Shown: positions 35,257-45,400, counted from the first letter of the stretch. The stretch: DNA of 64,000 nucleotides from Anaerolineae bacterium (GCA_034437455.1 DAOTUB010000002.1:3176-67175); one strand, 5' to 3'. Notes: a model not told the origin generated them from the sequence alone. Numbers and translations: made by a program.

Positions 35257-35413
35257 AATGGACCTCCCTGTTTGAAATTTGACCCAGGCATTCTACCACA
35301 ACCCACGAGTAGAGCAACCTTGACTTGCGTGGTGAACATGTTATCATAGCGGCCAAAGCCCGACTAGGAAGATCACGTATCATGCATCACGTTTTACGTT
35401 TCAAAATTGCTCG

Positions 35414-36922
35414 ATGTATATAGGACCACGAGAAAAAAAGCGACGTTCATCCCCCTGGCGCATATTGATCATGCTGCTGTTGATCGCTGCCAGTCTCTAC
35501 GTCTACGCTCAAGTCGAGGAACAACAGATCGACGAACCCTTCGTCCCGACGCCTACTCCCACGCGCTCGGCGAGTTCCTACATCTATGAGGCAGAGGAGT
35601 GGTACCTTCAGGGCAACCTGCCGGAGGCCATCGCTGCCTACGAGCAGGTCATCGCGCTCGACCCGGACGACGTGTCGTCTTACATCCCTCTGGCGCGGCT
35701 ACTGGCGCTGGAGGAACGGACGATCGAAGCCATCCAGCGCGCCGAACGGGCAACCGAGCTGGCGCCGGAGAATGCGCGCGCGTGGGCCGTGCTGGGCATG
35801 GCCTACGACTGGAACGGGAACGTGAAAGAGGCGATTGAGGCCTGCCGGCAGGCCATCGAACTCGACCCCGGCTACGCCGAAGGGTACGCCTATCTGGCCG
35901 AGGCCTACATCGACGCCGGGCGCTGGGCCGAGGCCACCGAGGCCGCCCAGACCGCCTTGCAGTTGGACGAGCGCAGCGTGGACGCGCACCGCAACTATGG
36001 GTACGTGCTGGAGAACCAGGGCAACTATTGGGACGCGATCGAGGCATACGAGCAGGCGCTGGAGATCCATCCCAACTTGCCTCACCTCTGCATTGACATT
36101 GGGCGGAACTATCGCGGCCTGGGCAACTTGGGAGCGGCGCTGCAAGTCTTTTCACGAACCGTCGAGATCGCTCCGGACAATGCCAAGATTTTATACGAGC
36201 TAGGACGGGCGCATCAGGACCTGGGGAACGTCTATGAAGCCGAAACCTACCTGGAGAAAGCGACGGAAGCGGACCCGCAATTCGGGCCGGCATTTGGATA
36301 CCTGGCGATCAATTACTGGAGTCGGCGCAACTATGAGGACGCCATCCCCAATTTCGAGCGAGCCATCAAGTTGGAATGTACCACGACACGGGAGAGGGCC
36401 ACAGCGTTTATCATCACTGTCGAGGAACGAGAGAACTATACCACCGGGCCGTCACCAGACGTGGTGATGAGCGGAGAATTCGTCTCTACGTCAGGGGATA
36501 ACCGGGACGTCCTGCGGGCCGTCTTGGAACCGACGGACGAGGATAACCCATGGACCCACGCCGGCGGCACAGTGACCTTCGAGACACAGACAGGGCGATA
36601 CACCGTGACGCTGCAAGGAATACCCTGGGTGCGCTATAATCAAGCCTACGTGGGCTGGTTCGAGGGGGTCGACGCGCTCTCTGGCGATCCACTGAACACA
36701 GGCCCTCTGGACCTGAAAGGCGACGGGAGCCTGGAGGCGCAGTTTGAGGCCACCTGGGTTGAGGGGCCTCCCATCGAACACTTTTACATATTGGGGTTGG
36801 CCTATTTTTACATGGCCGAGTGTGAAAAATCGTATCCCCTCTTCGACGCGGCGCTTCAGATCGACCCGGAGGAAACGAACGCACTGGAGGGGATCCGGTT
36901 GTGCCGGGAACACGAGGACTGA
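35414..36922 (+). CDS. membrane-anchored TPR-repeat protein
   Basis: 502 aa. N-terminal TM (WRILIMLLLIAASLYVYA) and at least 7 TPR units (AxxxYxxALxxxP periodicity). Confidence 0.8.
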   Translation: MYIGPREKKRRSSPWRILIMLLLIAASLYVYAQVEEQQIDEPFVPTPTPTRSASSYIYEAEEWYLQGNLPEAIAAYEQVIALDPDDVSSYIPLARLLALEERTIEAIQRAERATELAPENARAWAVLGMAYDWNGNVKEAIEACRQAIELDPGYAEGYAYLAEAYIDAGRWAEATEAAQTALQLDERSVDAHRNYGYVLENQGNYWDAIEAYEQALEIHPNLPHLCIDIGRNYRGLGNLGAALQVFSRTVEIAPDNAKILYELGRAHQDLGNVYEAETYLEKATEADPQFGPAFGYLAINYWSRRNYEDAIPNFERAIKLECTTTRERATAFIITVEERENYTTGPSPDVVMSGEFVSTSGDNRDVLRAVLEPTDEDNPWTHAGGTVTFETQTGRYTVTLQGIPWVRYNQAYVGWFEGVDALSGDPLNTGPLDLKGDGSLEAQFEATWVEGPPIEHFYILGLAYFYMAECEKSYPLFDAALQIDPEETNALEGIRLCREHED

Positions 36923-36961
36923 TCGCTTGGAGCACTGGAATTGTCGCTATCATAGATCGCT

Positions 36962-37714
36962 ATGTGGATGATCCTCATCGCATGTACCTTTGGCATCCTG
37001 GTCGGCGGCCTGATCAATCAACTTGGCTCTGACCTACCCGCCCGGCGGGGCTTGACCCATCCCCACTGCCCCTACTGCGGTCGGGAGCGGCCCTGGTGGA
37101 AATGGTTCGCCCTGCCCGCCTACCTGAGCGGGCGCGCGCGGTGCTCTTCCTGCGGCGCGCCAATTGGCTTACGCCATCCGTTGGTCGAGATCGGGCTGGG
37201 AGTGATCTATGCCTACCTCTGGATCCTGCTTGGTCCATCTATCAAATTTATACTGTACACGCTCTACAGCACCATCTTTGTCCTCATCCTCATTACAGAT
37301 ATTGAGCGCCGACTGATCCTCAACGTGGTGATCTATCCAGCCATTCTCCTCGCGGTCGTTGCCGGTTTCTTCACGCCAGGTATGAACTGGAAATCTGTCC
37401 TGCTTGGCGGTGTAATCGCTTTTCTCTTTTTCCTCGGCGCGGCGGTGATCGGGAACGCTATCTTTGGTGCCGGGGCGTTGGGCGGCGGCGACGTCATGCT
37501 GGCGACGTTCATTGGATTGATCACCGGTTTTCCGCTGGTTATCGTGGCGCTGCTGTTGACCATTATCATCGGGGCGGCCGTCAGCCTGATCCTGCTGCTC
37601 ACCAGGGTGCGCGGCCTGCGCGATTACGTTCCCTACGGCCCATTCCTCATCGCCGGCGCGATGGTCACCCTCCTGTGGGGCTACCCCATCGCCGGATGGT
37701 TCCTCTACCGCTGA
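36962..37714 (+). CDS. pilD: prepilin peptidase (A24 family)
   Basis: 250 aa. Has CPYCG...CSSCG zinc-binding Cys pairs, LGGGDVMLATFIGL, and a polytopic profile. Confidence 0.85.
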   Translation: MWMILIACTFGILVGGLINQLGSDLPARRGLTHPHCPYCGRERPWWKWFALPAYLSGRARCSSCGAPIGLRHPLVEIGLGVIYAYLWILLGPSIKFILYTLYSTIFVLILITDIERRLILNVVIYPAILLAVVAGFFTPGMNWKSVLLGGVIAFLFFLGAAVIGNAIFGAGALGGGDVMLATFIGLITGFPLVIVALLLTIIIGAAVSLILLLTRVRGLRDYVPYGPFLIAGAMVTLLWGYPIAGWFLYR

Positions 37715-39222
37715 ATATATGGGACAGGCTTTCTGGCCTGTCAGGGCGGCAGACTGGAAAGTCTGCCCTACTGTTGGCGATCATAGCACTGGGCAGTTTG
37801 TTGCGGTTCTACCAGATCGGCAGCGAGGGGTTGTGGCTCGACGAGGCCTTCAGCGTCTGGCTCGCGCGACAACCCGTCAATGAGATGCTGAGCTGGGTGA
37901 TCCGCATCGATCAACACCCGCCGCTCTACTACACTCTGCTTCACTTCTGGACGCTTCTCCTGGGCGACGGCCCGGCGACCGTGCGCGCCCTCTCCGCCCT
38001 GTTCAGCACGCTGACGGTTCCCGTCATCTACCTGCTGGGTCGCCGTCTGGCCCCTGAGCACGAGCAGGTGGGCCTGCTGGCCGCGCTGCTCCTGGCCGTA
38101 GCTCCCTTCCACGTGCGCCTGGCTCAGGAAGCGCGCATGTACACGTTGCTGGCGCTGACCGCATCGCTGGCGCTGTACGCATTGACGCGATGGCTCGACC
38201 AAGAAACCGGCCTGACATGGCTAGGTTACGCGGTCTTTACTGTAGCAACCTTATTGACTCACAACACGGCGATCTTTTTCCTCCTCGCCGCCAACCTCCT
38301 CGTATTGAGCCTGCACCTATCCCATCTACGCAATACACAATACGCGATACGCAACTGGCTCACAGCTCAAGCCGCCGTGCTCCTCCTGTGGCTTCCCTGG
38401 CTCCCGGCTTTTCTTGCCCAGAGTGAGGCTGTCTACCGCGAGTTCTGGCTGCCCGCGCCCACGTGGGAAACAGTCTTTGGTACGGTGGGCGTCTTTCTGG
38501 TAGACTATCTACCGCTGTCGCTCATCGGCGCCTGTGCAGTGGGGATGTTGATCGTGGGATTGACGCTATCGGGATCGCTTTACTTCCGGCGCCAACCGGC
38601 ACGGATCGCGTTTCTGCTCGTCATCTTCGCCACTCCATTCCTGGGCGAGGTACTGGTCAGTCTGTACCGCCCCATCTTTTACGACCGCACGCTGATCTGG
38701 ACCTCGATCCCGTTCTACCTGCTGTTGGCTGCCGGTGTATATCAACTAGAAACCAGGCTTTTTGGAAAAGCCTGGTTTCTCATCGCCTTGATCACATTGC
38801 TTACACTCACCGGTCTCTCACTGCGGGAATACTACGTCCATTTTGAGAAGGAGCAGTGGGACGACGCCGCCGCGTTTGTGGCGGAGCGGGTGCAGCCAGA
38901 TGACCTGATTCTGTTCAACGCGACCTGGGCGCAGATTCCCTTTGACTATTATTTTCATCGCCTGTACAATTATCCGATAGCCGAGCACGGGGCGCCGGTA
39001 GACCTGTTCGACCGGGGCGTCCTGGAACCGAAAATGGCCGCAGGCGATCTACCCCGGCTGCGGGCGCTCGTACAGAATCACGAGCGCGTGTGGTTGGTCT
39101 ACAGTCACAATTGGTACACCGATCCACAGGGGCTGATCCCTCCCGCATTGGAAGAGGCATTTGACTTGCTGGAACGACAGAATTTTTACGGCCTGCACGT
39201 ATGGTTGTACGGGAGGGAATGA
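37675..39222 (+). CDS. GT39/ArnT-like glycosyltransferase (PMT_2 type), polytopic membrane protein
   Basis: 515 aa. Has LRFYQIGSEGLWLDEAFSVWLA, typical of the family. The start is uncertain, because the first 33 codons overlap the pilD end and the P3 repeat. An in-frame TTG near 37773 is an alternative start. Confidence 0.7.
   Translation: MGLPHRRMVPLPLNIWDRLSGLSGRQTGKSALLLAIIALGSLLRFYQIGSEGLWLDEAFSVWLARQPVNEMLSWVIRIDQHPPLYYTLLHFWTLLLGDGPATVRALSALFSTLTVPVIYLLGRRLAPEHEQVGLLAALLLAVAPFHVRLAQEARMYTLLALTASLALYALTRWLDQETGLTWLGYAVFTVATLLTHNTAIFFLLAANLLVLSLHLSHLRNTQYAIRNWLTAQAAVLLLWLPWLPAFLAQSEAVYREFWLPAPTWETVFGTVGVFLVDYLPLSLIGACAVGMLIVGLTLSGSLYFRRQPARIAFLLVIFATPFLGEVLVSLYRPIFYDRTLIWTSIPFYLLLAAGVYQLETRLFGKAWFLIALITLLTLTGLSLREYYVHFEKEQWDDAAAFVAERVQPDDLILFNATWAQIPFDYYFHRLYNYPIAEHGAPVDLFDRGVLEPKMAAGDLPRLRALVQNHERVWLVYSHNWYTDPQGLIPPALEEAFDLLERQNFYGLHVWLYGRE
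37721..37773. repeat. double-hairpin element family P3, copy A
   Basis: GACAGGC-TTTCTG-GCCTGTC and GGCAGAC-TGGAAA-GTCTGCC. Homologous to 42569..42624. Confidence 0.7.
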
Positions 39223-39830
39223 TGTTTGATTTCCAACAGATCGCGCCCATGTCTGAGCCGGTCGTCGTCATTGTCTCCGGTCACCCCTGTACCGGCAAGT
39301 CAACGCTCGCCCGCCAGGTGGCTGAACGATTCTCGTTGCCGTTGATGAGTAAGGATATGTGCAAGGAATTGCTGTTCGACACGCTGGGCTGGAAAGATCG
39401 CGAGTGGTCGAAAAAGCTGGGCTGGGTCAGCATTGAGCTGGTGTTCCAATTCCTCGAAGCGCAACTGGTCGCCCGTCGTTCCTGCATCGTGGAGAGCAAT
39501 TTCAAGCCGGAATTTGACACCGCCAAGTTCCTCAAACTCCAGGAACGTTATGGATTCACTCCCTTGCGGATTCAGTGTGTCGCCGATGGCGCCGTCCTCT
39601 TTGAGCGGTTCAAGCGGCGATCCGAATCGGAGGGGCGTCATCCCGGACACTGCGACCGTTCGAACTATGATGAGTTTCGAGAGATGCTCTTGGAAGGTCG
39701 GTTACAGCCCCTGAACATCGGCGGTCCCCTCGTCGAGATAGACACAACGAACCTGGACGAGATCGATTATACCGCCGTGTTTGCAGAGATTGACCGAGTT
39801 CTCAATGGTGATACAGAGACTGTGGGATGA
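39219..39830 (+). CDS. P-loop kinase-like ATP-binding protein (AAA_33-like)
   Basis: Walker A motif SGHPCTGKST. ATG at 39219 overlaps the upstream stop. Confidence 0.55.
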   Translation: MMFDFQQIAPMSEPVVVIVSGHPCTGKSTLARQVAERFSLPLMSKDMCKELLFDTLGWKDREWSKKLGWVSIELVFQFLEAQLVARRSCIVESNFKPEFDTAKFLKLQERYGFTPLRIQCVADGAVLFERFKRRSESEGRHPGHCDRSNYDEFREMLLEGRLQPLNIGGPLVEIDTTNLDEIDYTAVFAEIDRVLNGDTETVG

Positions 39831-39841
39831 GGTTATATTGA

Positions 39842-40396
39842 ATGAAAGCTATGGTCGGCTCGAAAAATCCGGTCAAAATCGCCGCTGCCCAAAACGTGCT
39901 GCACCGCGTCTACGGTGAAGACGTAGCTGTAGAGTCAGTAGATGTGGAGAGCGGCGTCTCACACCAACCGTGGGGCAGCGCGGAGACGCTGCGCGGCGCG
40001 CTTCATCGAGCGCGGGCGGCGCAACGCGCGGGCCACACGACGTTGGGCGTCGGCTTTGAGGGCGGGCTGCTGGAGGTGAGCGGGCGCGTCTTTACCAGCG
40101 CCTGGTGCGCCGTCGCGCGTGACGACGGCGTGGTGGGCATCGCGGGCGGGGAGAACGCACTCCTTCCGCCATCGGTGGCGGCGGATGTGCGGGCCGGGGC
40201 GGAATTGGGCCCGGCGATGGACGCGCTCACCGGCCTGCACAACACCAAACATGGCGACGGCGCTATCGGCATCCTGACCGGCGGCCACCTCAGCCGCCAG
40301 ATGGCCTACGAGCATTTGCTCACGCTGGCGCTGGCGCGGCTGTTGACTCCATCCTACTATGAGAATAGTCAAGAGGGAGAACCCGATGCATATTGA
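39842..40396 (+). CDS. non-canonical purine NTP phosphatase (YjjX/DUF84 family)
   Basis: 184 aa. Has VGSKNPVKIAAAQNV...VESGVSHQPWG family motifs. Confidence 0.7.
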   Translation: MKAMVGSKNPVKIAAAQNVLHRVYGEDVAVESVDVESGVSHQPWGSAETLRGALHRARAAQRAGHTTLGVGFEGGLLEVSGRVFTSAWCAVARDDGVVGIAGGENALLPPSVAADVRAGAELGPAMDALTGLHNTKHGDGAIGILTGGHLSRQMAYEHLLTLALARLLTPSYYENSQEGEPDAY

Positions 40397-42311
40397 CGGA
40401 AGTTGGTTCAAGGATGAGCAAGGACGCACCCTGATCCTGCGCGGCGTTAACCTGGGGGGGAGCACCAAAGTACCCTTCCGACCCAATGGCGCGACCCACA
40501 TCCGGGATGGGTTCTACGACCATCGCGATGTCTCCTTCGCGGGCCGCCCCTTCCCGCTGGAAGAAGCGGACGAGCATTTTTCTCGCCTGCAGGCCTGGGG
40601 CTTGACCTTCCTGCGTCTCCTCGTCACCTGGGAGGCGGTCGAACACGGCGGGCCGGGCGTCTACGACGAGGAGTACCTGGATTACCTGTACCAGATCGTG
40701 CAAAAAGCGGGCGAGCACGGCATTAGCCTGTTCATCGATCCCCACCAAGACGCCTGGGGCCGCATGTCTGGCGGCGATGGCGCGCCCGGCTGGACCTTTG
40801 AAGCTGTGGGGATGGATGTCACGCGCTTCTCGGAAACCGGGGCCGCGATCGTCCACGCCATCCACGGCGATCCCTTACCTCGTATGATCTGGCCGACCAA
40901 TTATACCAAGCTGGCAGCAGCGACGATGTTCACCCTCTTTTTCGGGGGTGACGACTTTGCGCCCCGCAGTGGCGTAGGCCCCTGCGGGACTATGCCCCGG
41001 ACGAAGGTGGATGGCGAGCCGGTGCAGAAATTTCTCCAGCGTCACTATATCGACGCCATCAAGCAGATTGCGCACCGGCTGAAGGATCTACCCAACGTTG
41101 TCGGCTATGACACACTGAACGAGCCCTCGCCCGGCTTCATCGGCTGGACGGATCTGAACGCGACCGGCGGCATGTTGCGCCTGGGAGCGTCGCCCACGCC
41201 GTTCCAGGCGATGCTGCTGGGCGCGGGTTTTCCACAGGAGGTCGAAGTATGGGGCATGGGGATCACGGGACCCAGGCCGCGTGGTCGCCGGTTGGTCAAC
41301 TCCAAAGGCGCGCGCGCCTGGCACAGGTGGAAGGCCTGCATCTGGCGGGAGAACGGCGTGTGGGACCTCGACGCGGACGGCGCGCCGCACTTGCTCCGGC
41401 CCGATCACTTTACCCAGATCAGCGACCGGACGGTGGACTTTGCCAACGACTATCTGCGTCCCTTCGCCAACCGCTACGCCCGCGAGATCCGCTCCGTGGA
41501 CCCCGACGCCATCATCTTTGTCGAGAGCGCGCCGATGGAGGGCCCGCCTCGTTGGAGGCCGGAGGACGCGCCGAACGCGGTCAACGCCGCTCACTGGTAC
41601 GACGGCGTGACCTTGTTCACCAAGAACTGGTTCCCTTTCCTGGGCGTGGACTTTGCCACGGGCAAACTCATCCTGGGCCGGAAGCGAGTACAGCGCTCGT
41701 TCGTCGAGCAACTGGCGCGCATCAAGAGCTGGGCGGCGGAGCAGATGGGCGGCATTCCCACCCTCATCGGCGAGTTTGGCATCCCCTTCGACATGCGGAA
41801 CAAGCGGGCCTACCGCACGGGCGATTTTTCCCCTCAGGTGAAGGCAATGGACGCCAGCTTGCGGGCGATGGAAGCCAACTTGCTGAATTGCACGCTCTGG
41901 AACTATACCGCCGACAACGACAACCGCTGGGGCGACCAGTGGAACGACGAGGATTTCTCCATCTTTAGCCGCGATCAGCAAACCAATCCCGATGACGTTC
42001 ACTCTGGCGGGCGGGCATTGGAGGCGGTCGTGCGTCCCTACGCCCGCAAGGTCGCTGGAGAGCCGCTGCGGATGACTTTTGACATCAAGCGTCGCCTATT
42101 TGAGTTCGAGTTCCGCCACGACCCGACGGTGACCGCCCCCACCGAGATATTTGTGCCCAACTACCAGTACCCGGACGGTTACGTGGTCGAAGTGTCGGAC
42201 GGTACGTATGAGGTGGACCTGGACAGTCAGACCCTCATCTACCGGCACAGTCTCAAGCGGGACACCCACCACGTCTGCGTGCAGAGTCCCCAAAGGCGGA
42301 AACAGTTGTGA
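40386..42311 (+). CDS. glycoside hydrolase family 5 protein
   Basis: ORF 40359..42311 trimmed to the ATG at 40386. Has FIDPHQDAW, LNEPSPG (acid/base Glu) and LIGEFGIPFD (nucleophile Glu). Confidence 0.75.
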   Translation: MHIDGSWFKDEQGRTLILRGVNLGGSTKVPFRPNGATHIRDGFYDHRDVSFAGRPFPLEEADEHFSRLQAWGLTFLRLLVTWEAVEHGGPGVYDEEYLDYLYQIVQKAGEHGISLFIDPHQDAWGRMSGGDGAPGWTFEAVGMDVTRFSETGAAIVHAIHGDPLPRMIWPTNYTKLAAATMFTLFFGGDDFAPRSGVGPCGTMPRTKVDGEPVQKFLQRHYIDAIKQIAHRLKDLPNVVGYDTLNEPSPGFIGWTDLNATGGMLRLGASPTPFQAMLLGAGFPQEVEVWGMGITGPRPRGRRLVNSKGARAWHRWKACIWRENGVWDLDADGAPHLLRPDHFTQISDRTVDFANDYLRPFANRYAREIRSVDPDAIIFVESAPMEGPPRWRPEDAPNAVNAAHWYDGVTLFTKNWFPFLGVDFATGKLILGRKRVQRSFVEQLARIKSWAAEQMGGIPTLIGEFGIPFDMRNKRAYRTGDFSPQVKAMDASLRAMEANLLNCTLWNYTADNDNRWGDQWNDEDFSIFSRDQQTNPDDVHSGGRALEAVVRPYARKVAGEPLRMTFDIKRRLFEFEFRHDPTVTAPTEIFVPNYQYPDGYVVEVSDGTYEVDLDSQTLIYRHSLKRDTHHVCVQSPQRRKQL

Positions 42312-45300
42312 AACCTCGCCTGCTCCTCTGGCTGGCCCTACTGATTGCCGTCGCACTTGCTGCACAAGCTGTCGTCTTGGCCCACCAGACCTACACCTGC
42401 GGCCTTCCCGACCGCTTCCCCGCGCCTGTGAGCAATGCCGACGTCCCCATCCTCGGCGTCAACGTCGCGCTGGAACAGTACGACGACGAGGGACTGGAGG
42501 CCGCGCTGGCCCGCATCGCCGATGGCGGCTTTGTCTGGGTGCGCCAATCCTTCTACTGGAGCTGTTGTAGGACAGGCTTTCCAGCCTGTCTGGGCGGCGG
42601 ACAAGAAAGTCCGCCCCACTACTGCTTCGACTGGATCATCCCCGACCGTATCCTGTCCGCGCTGGCCCGCCACCCTCAACTGCGACTGGTGGCCGTCCTC
42701 GACGACGACCCGCCCATCCCTCCCGCCGATCCGGATCGTTTCGCCGCCTTTGCCGCCGCGTTCGCGGAGCGTTACGGCGCACAGGTAGACGATTACCAGA
42801 TCTGGGACGAGCCGAACCTGGCGGCCCACTGGGGCGGCGGTCCGGTCAACCCACCTGCCTACGCCGACCTGCTGGCCCGCACCGCCCGCGCTATCCGCGC
42901 CGCCGATCCCGACGCGCGCATCCTCCTGGCGGGCCTGGCCCCTACCACTGAGACCGGTCCTCAGAACTTGAGCGACGCGCGCTACCTGGGACAACTCTAC
43001 CAGGCGGGAGCCGCCCCTCACTTTGACATCGTGGCCGGAAAGCCCTACGGCTTTGACACCGGCCCCGACGACCGTCGCGCCGACGAAGCGGTGCTGAACT
43101 TTTCGCGGCTGCTCCTACTGCGCGAGGTGATGGTCGCGCACGACGATGCAGACAAGGCGATCTGGGCCAGCCATTGGGGCTGGAACGCGCTGCCGCCAGG
43201 CTGGACAGGTGCGCCCTCTGTGTGGGGCCAGACCGATGAGACGACGCAGGCAACCCGCACCATCGCGGCATTGGAGCGCGCGCGCGCCGAGTGGCCCTGG
43301 GCCGGCGCGCTGATCCTGGAACACTTCCAGCCCGATGATCCCCCGGACGACCCGCGCTGGGGATTTGCGCTGGAGGGGCAGGATGGCGCCCCTCGCCCGA
43401 TCTACGACGCGATAGCTGCCTGGGCCGCTGCGCTCCCCGATGCCGCCCCGGTTGGCGGCTACCTGGCGGACAATCCCTGGGCGGTTTACGAAGGCGACTG
43501 GCGCGTGGGGCCGCTGGGCGCTGACGTCGGCTCCGATGGCGACCGGGTTGCCTTCCACTTCGATGGCTCCGCCGTCGCGCTGACGGTGCGGCGAGGAGCA
43601 TATCGCGCCTTTCTCTACGTCACGGTGGATGGCGAGCCTGCCGTCGGATTGCCCCGCGACGAGGCAGGCCGCGCCTACGTCGTGCTCTACGACAACGCGC
43701 CCGCCGTTGCTACCGTTCCCCTGGCGACCAATCTCTCCCCCGGCCCACACACTGTAGAGGTCACCGCTGAGGGCGGACAGGGCCAGTGGCCGCTGGTGGA
43801 TTGGCGCGTGGGAGCCACACCGATCCGCGATGGATACATCTGGAAACTGACCGGGCTGGTCACAGCGACGCTGGCGCTGGCGGTGCTGTTGATTCGCGAC
43901 GCACGCCGGATACACTGGGCAACATTGAGAAAGGCTTTTCTCAATTGGCCCGAATGGGCGCAGGCGGCGCTGATCGTGGTGCTGACTGGCTTACTCTGGG
44001 CTACCGCTGCGGTCAGTTGGGGACAGGATGGGGCAGGTCTCTGGTTCGCCGTGAGCTTGCTGATGATGCCACTGCTGGCGCTACTCTTCGCCCTGCGGCT
44101 CGACCTGGGCCTGGCGCTGATCGCCTTCGCTGCGCCGTTCTACTTGCAGCCTCGCAACATGTTCTACCGGGCATTGAATCTGCCAGAGGTATTGGTGGCG
44201 CTGTGCTGGGTGGGATGGATCGCAAGGTTTCCCCTCGGACTAGAGACCTCGGCGGATACAGAAAATCCGTTAAAATGGATTTGGAAGAATGCAATTTATC
44301 GCATTTCACATCCTTGCCGGGCAATTCACTGCTCGGCGGATCGGGCGGTCGTACTGTGGATCGCGGCGGCGGTGGTGACCGGGATAGCCGCCGACGATCA
44401 CCTGGCCGCGCTCTTTGAACTGCGCGCCATCTTTTTGTTCACCGCGCTCTACTACGCGCTGCTGCAGCTGGCTCGCTTGGACGACCAGGCCAGAAGGCGA
44501 CTGGTGGACGGCCTTATCCTGGGAGGTGTCGCTGTGGCGCTCGTCGGGCTGATCCAGTACGCACTGGGGCGCAACCTCGTCATTGCCGAAGGAGGGCTGC
44601 CGCGCCTGCGAAGCGTATACCCCTCGCCTAACAACGTGGGACTGTACCTGGGGCGAGTCTGGCCGTTCCTGGTCGCCGTCGCGCTGTGGGGAGGACGAGG
44701 ACACCGCCGGACGTTCTACGCACTGGCGTTGGCGCCGGTGACGTTGGCGCTGGCGCTCAGTTTCTCGCGGGGGGCGCTGCTGTTGGGGCTGCCGGCGGCG
44801 TTGCTGGCGATGGGCTGGCGGGCGGGGGGACGCTACCGCCGGGCGGCGCTGGCGCTCGTCGCGATCGGCGCGCTGGCGCTCGTGCCGCTCCTGCGCGTAC
44901 CGCGCTTTGCCTCGCTGCTCGATCTACGGGAGGGCAGCGCCTTCTTCCGGCTGGAACTGTGGCGCAGCAGCCTGACGTTGATCCGCGAGCATCCCTGGTT
45001 CGGCGTCGGGCCGGGCAATTTCCAGGCCGCCTACCGCACCCGCTACGTCCTCCCCGCCGCCTGGCAAGAGTTCAACCTGGAGCATCCGCACAACATCTAC
45101 CTCGATCACTGGACGCGTCTGGGATTATTAGGATTGGCGGCGCTGATGGCGGTACAAGCAACGTTCTGGCAAGCGGTGCTTGGTCGAAAAACCAACGCTA
45201 TCACGTTGGGCCTCCTCGGTAGCGTGGCGGCGCTGCTGGCTCACGGTCTGGTGGATAACACCCTCTTCTTCCCCGATCTGGCGTTGAGCTTTTTCTTGAT

Positions 45301-45400
45301 GCTGGCGCTGGCGCAGTTCCCTAGATCCGCTTCAGTTTCCACCGTCCCTGCCGAAAGCGGAATCCCATCAACGTCGCCTGCAAGCCCCAGCCCAGAATGA
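42308..45400 (+). CDS. fusion of an N-terminal glycosidase-like TIM-barrel domain and a C-terminal O-antigen ligase/polymerase (Wzy_C-like) membrane domain
   Basis: 1030 aa. Has IWDEPN in the N-terminal domain, multiple TM segments, and SFSRGALLLG...EHPHNIYLDHWTRLGLLG typical of Wzy_C. Confidence 0.7.
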   Translation: MKPRLLLWLALLIAVALAAQAVVLAHQTYTCGLPDRFPAPVSNADVPILGVNVALEQYDDEGLEAALARIADGGFVWVRQSFYWSCCRTGFPACLGGGQESPPHYCFDWIIPDRILSALARHPQLRLVAVLDDDPPIPPADPDRFAAFAAAFAERYGAQVDDYQIWDEPNLAAHWGGGPVNPPAYADLLARTARAIRAADPDARILLAGLAPTTETGPQNLSDARYLGQLYQAGAAPHFDIVAGKPYGFDTGPDDRRADEAVLNFSRLLLLREVMVAHDDADKAIWASHWGWNALPPGWTGAPSVWGQTDETTQATRTIAALERARAEWPWAGALILEHFQPDDPPDDPRWGFALEGQDGAPRPIYDAIAAWAAALPDAAPVGGYLADNPWAVYEGDWRVGPLGADVGSDGDRVAFHFDGSAVALTVRRGAYRAFLYVTVDGEPAVGLPRDEAGRAYVVLYDNAPAVATVPLATNLSPGPHTVEVTAEGGQGQWPLVDWRVGATPIRDGYIWKLTGLVTATLALAVLLIRDARRIHWATLRKAFLNWPEWAQAALIVVLTGLLWATAAVSWGQDGAGLWFAVSLLMMPLLALLFALRLDLGLALIAFAAPFYLQPRNMFYRALNLPEVLVALCWVGWIARFPLGLETSADTENPLKWIWKNAIYRISHPCRAIHCSADRAVVLWIAAAVVTGIAADDHLAALFELRAIFLFTALYYALLQLARLDDQARRRLVDGLILGGVAVALVGLIQYALGRNLVIAEGGLPRLRSVYPSPNNVGLYLGRVWPFLVAVALWGGRGHRRTFYALALAPVTLALALSFSRGALLLGLPAALLAMGWRAGGRYRRAALALVAIGALALVPLLRVPRFASLLDLREGSAFFRLELWRSSLTLIREHPWFGVGPGNFQAAYRTRYVLPAAWQEFNLEHPHNIYLDHWTRLGLLGLAALMAVQATFWQAVLGRKTNAITLGLLGSVAALLAHGLVDNTLFFPDLALSFFLMLALAQFPRSASVSTVPAESGIPSTSPASPSPE
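42569..42624. repeat. double-hairpin element family P3, copy B, in frame in the 1030-aa ORF
   Basis: GACAGGC-TTTCCA-GCCTGTC and GGCGGAC-AAGAAA-GTCCGCC. Translated as RTGFPACLGGGQESPPHY. CTACTG direct repeats lie 66 nt apart (42553 and 42619). Confidence 0.75.

Noticed and set aside
34279-35349. 356-aa plus-strand ORF
   Set aside because: It is antisense to rfbB, a clear dTDP-glucose 4,6-dehydratase.
40441-40460. G7 run (CCTGGGGGGGAGC) considered as a further P2 copy
   Set aside because: It has no complementary C-run partner. It encodes the ordinary GH5 motif GVNLGGS.
41088-42002. 304-aa minus-strand ORF
   Set aside because: It is antisense to the GH5 gene, which has catalytic NEP and GEFG motifs.
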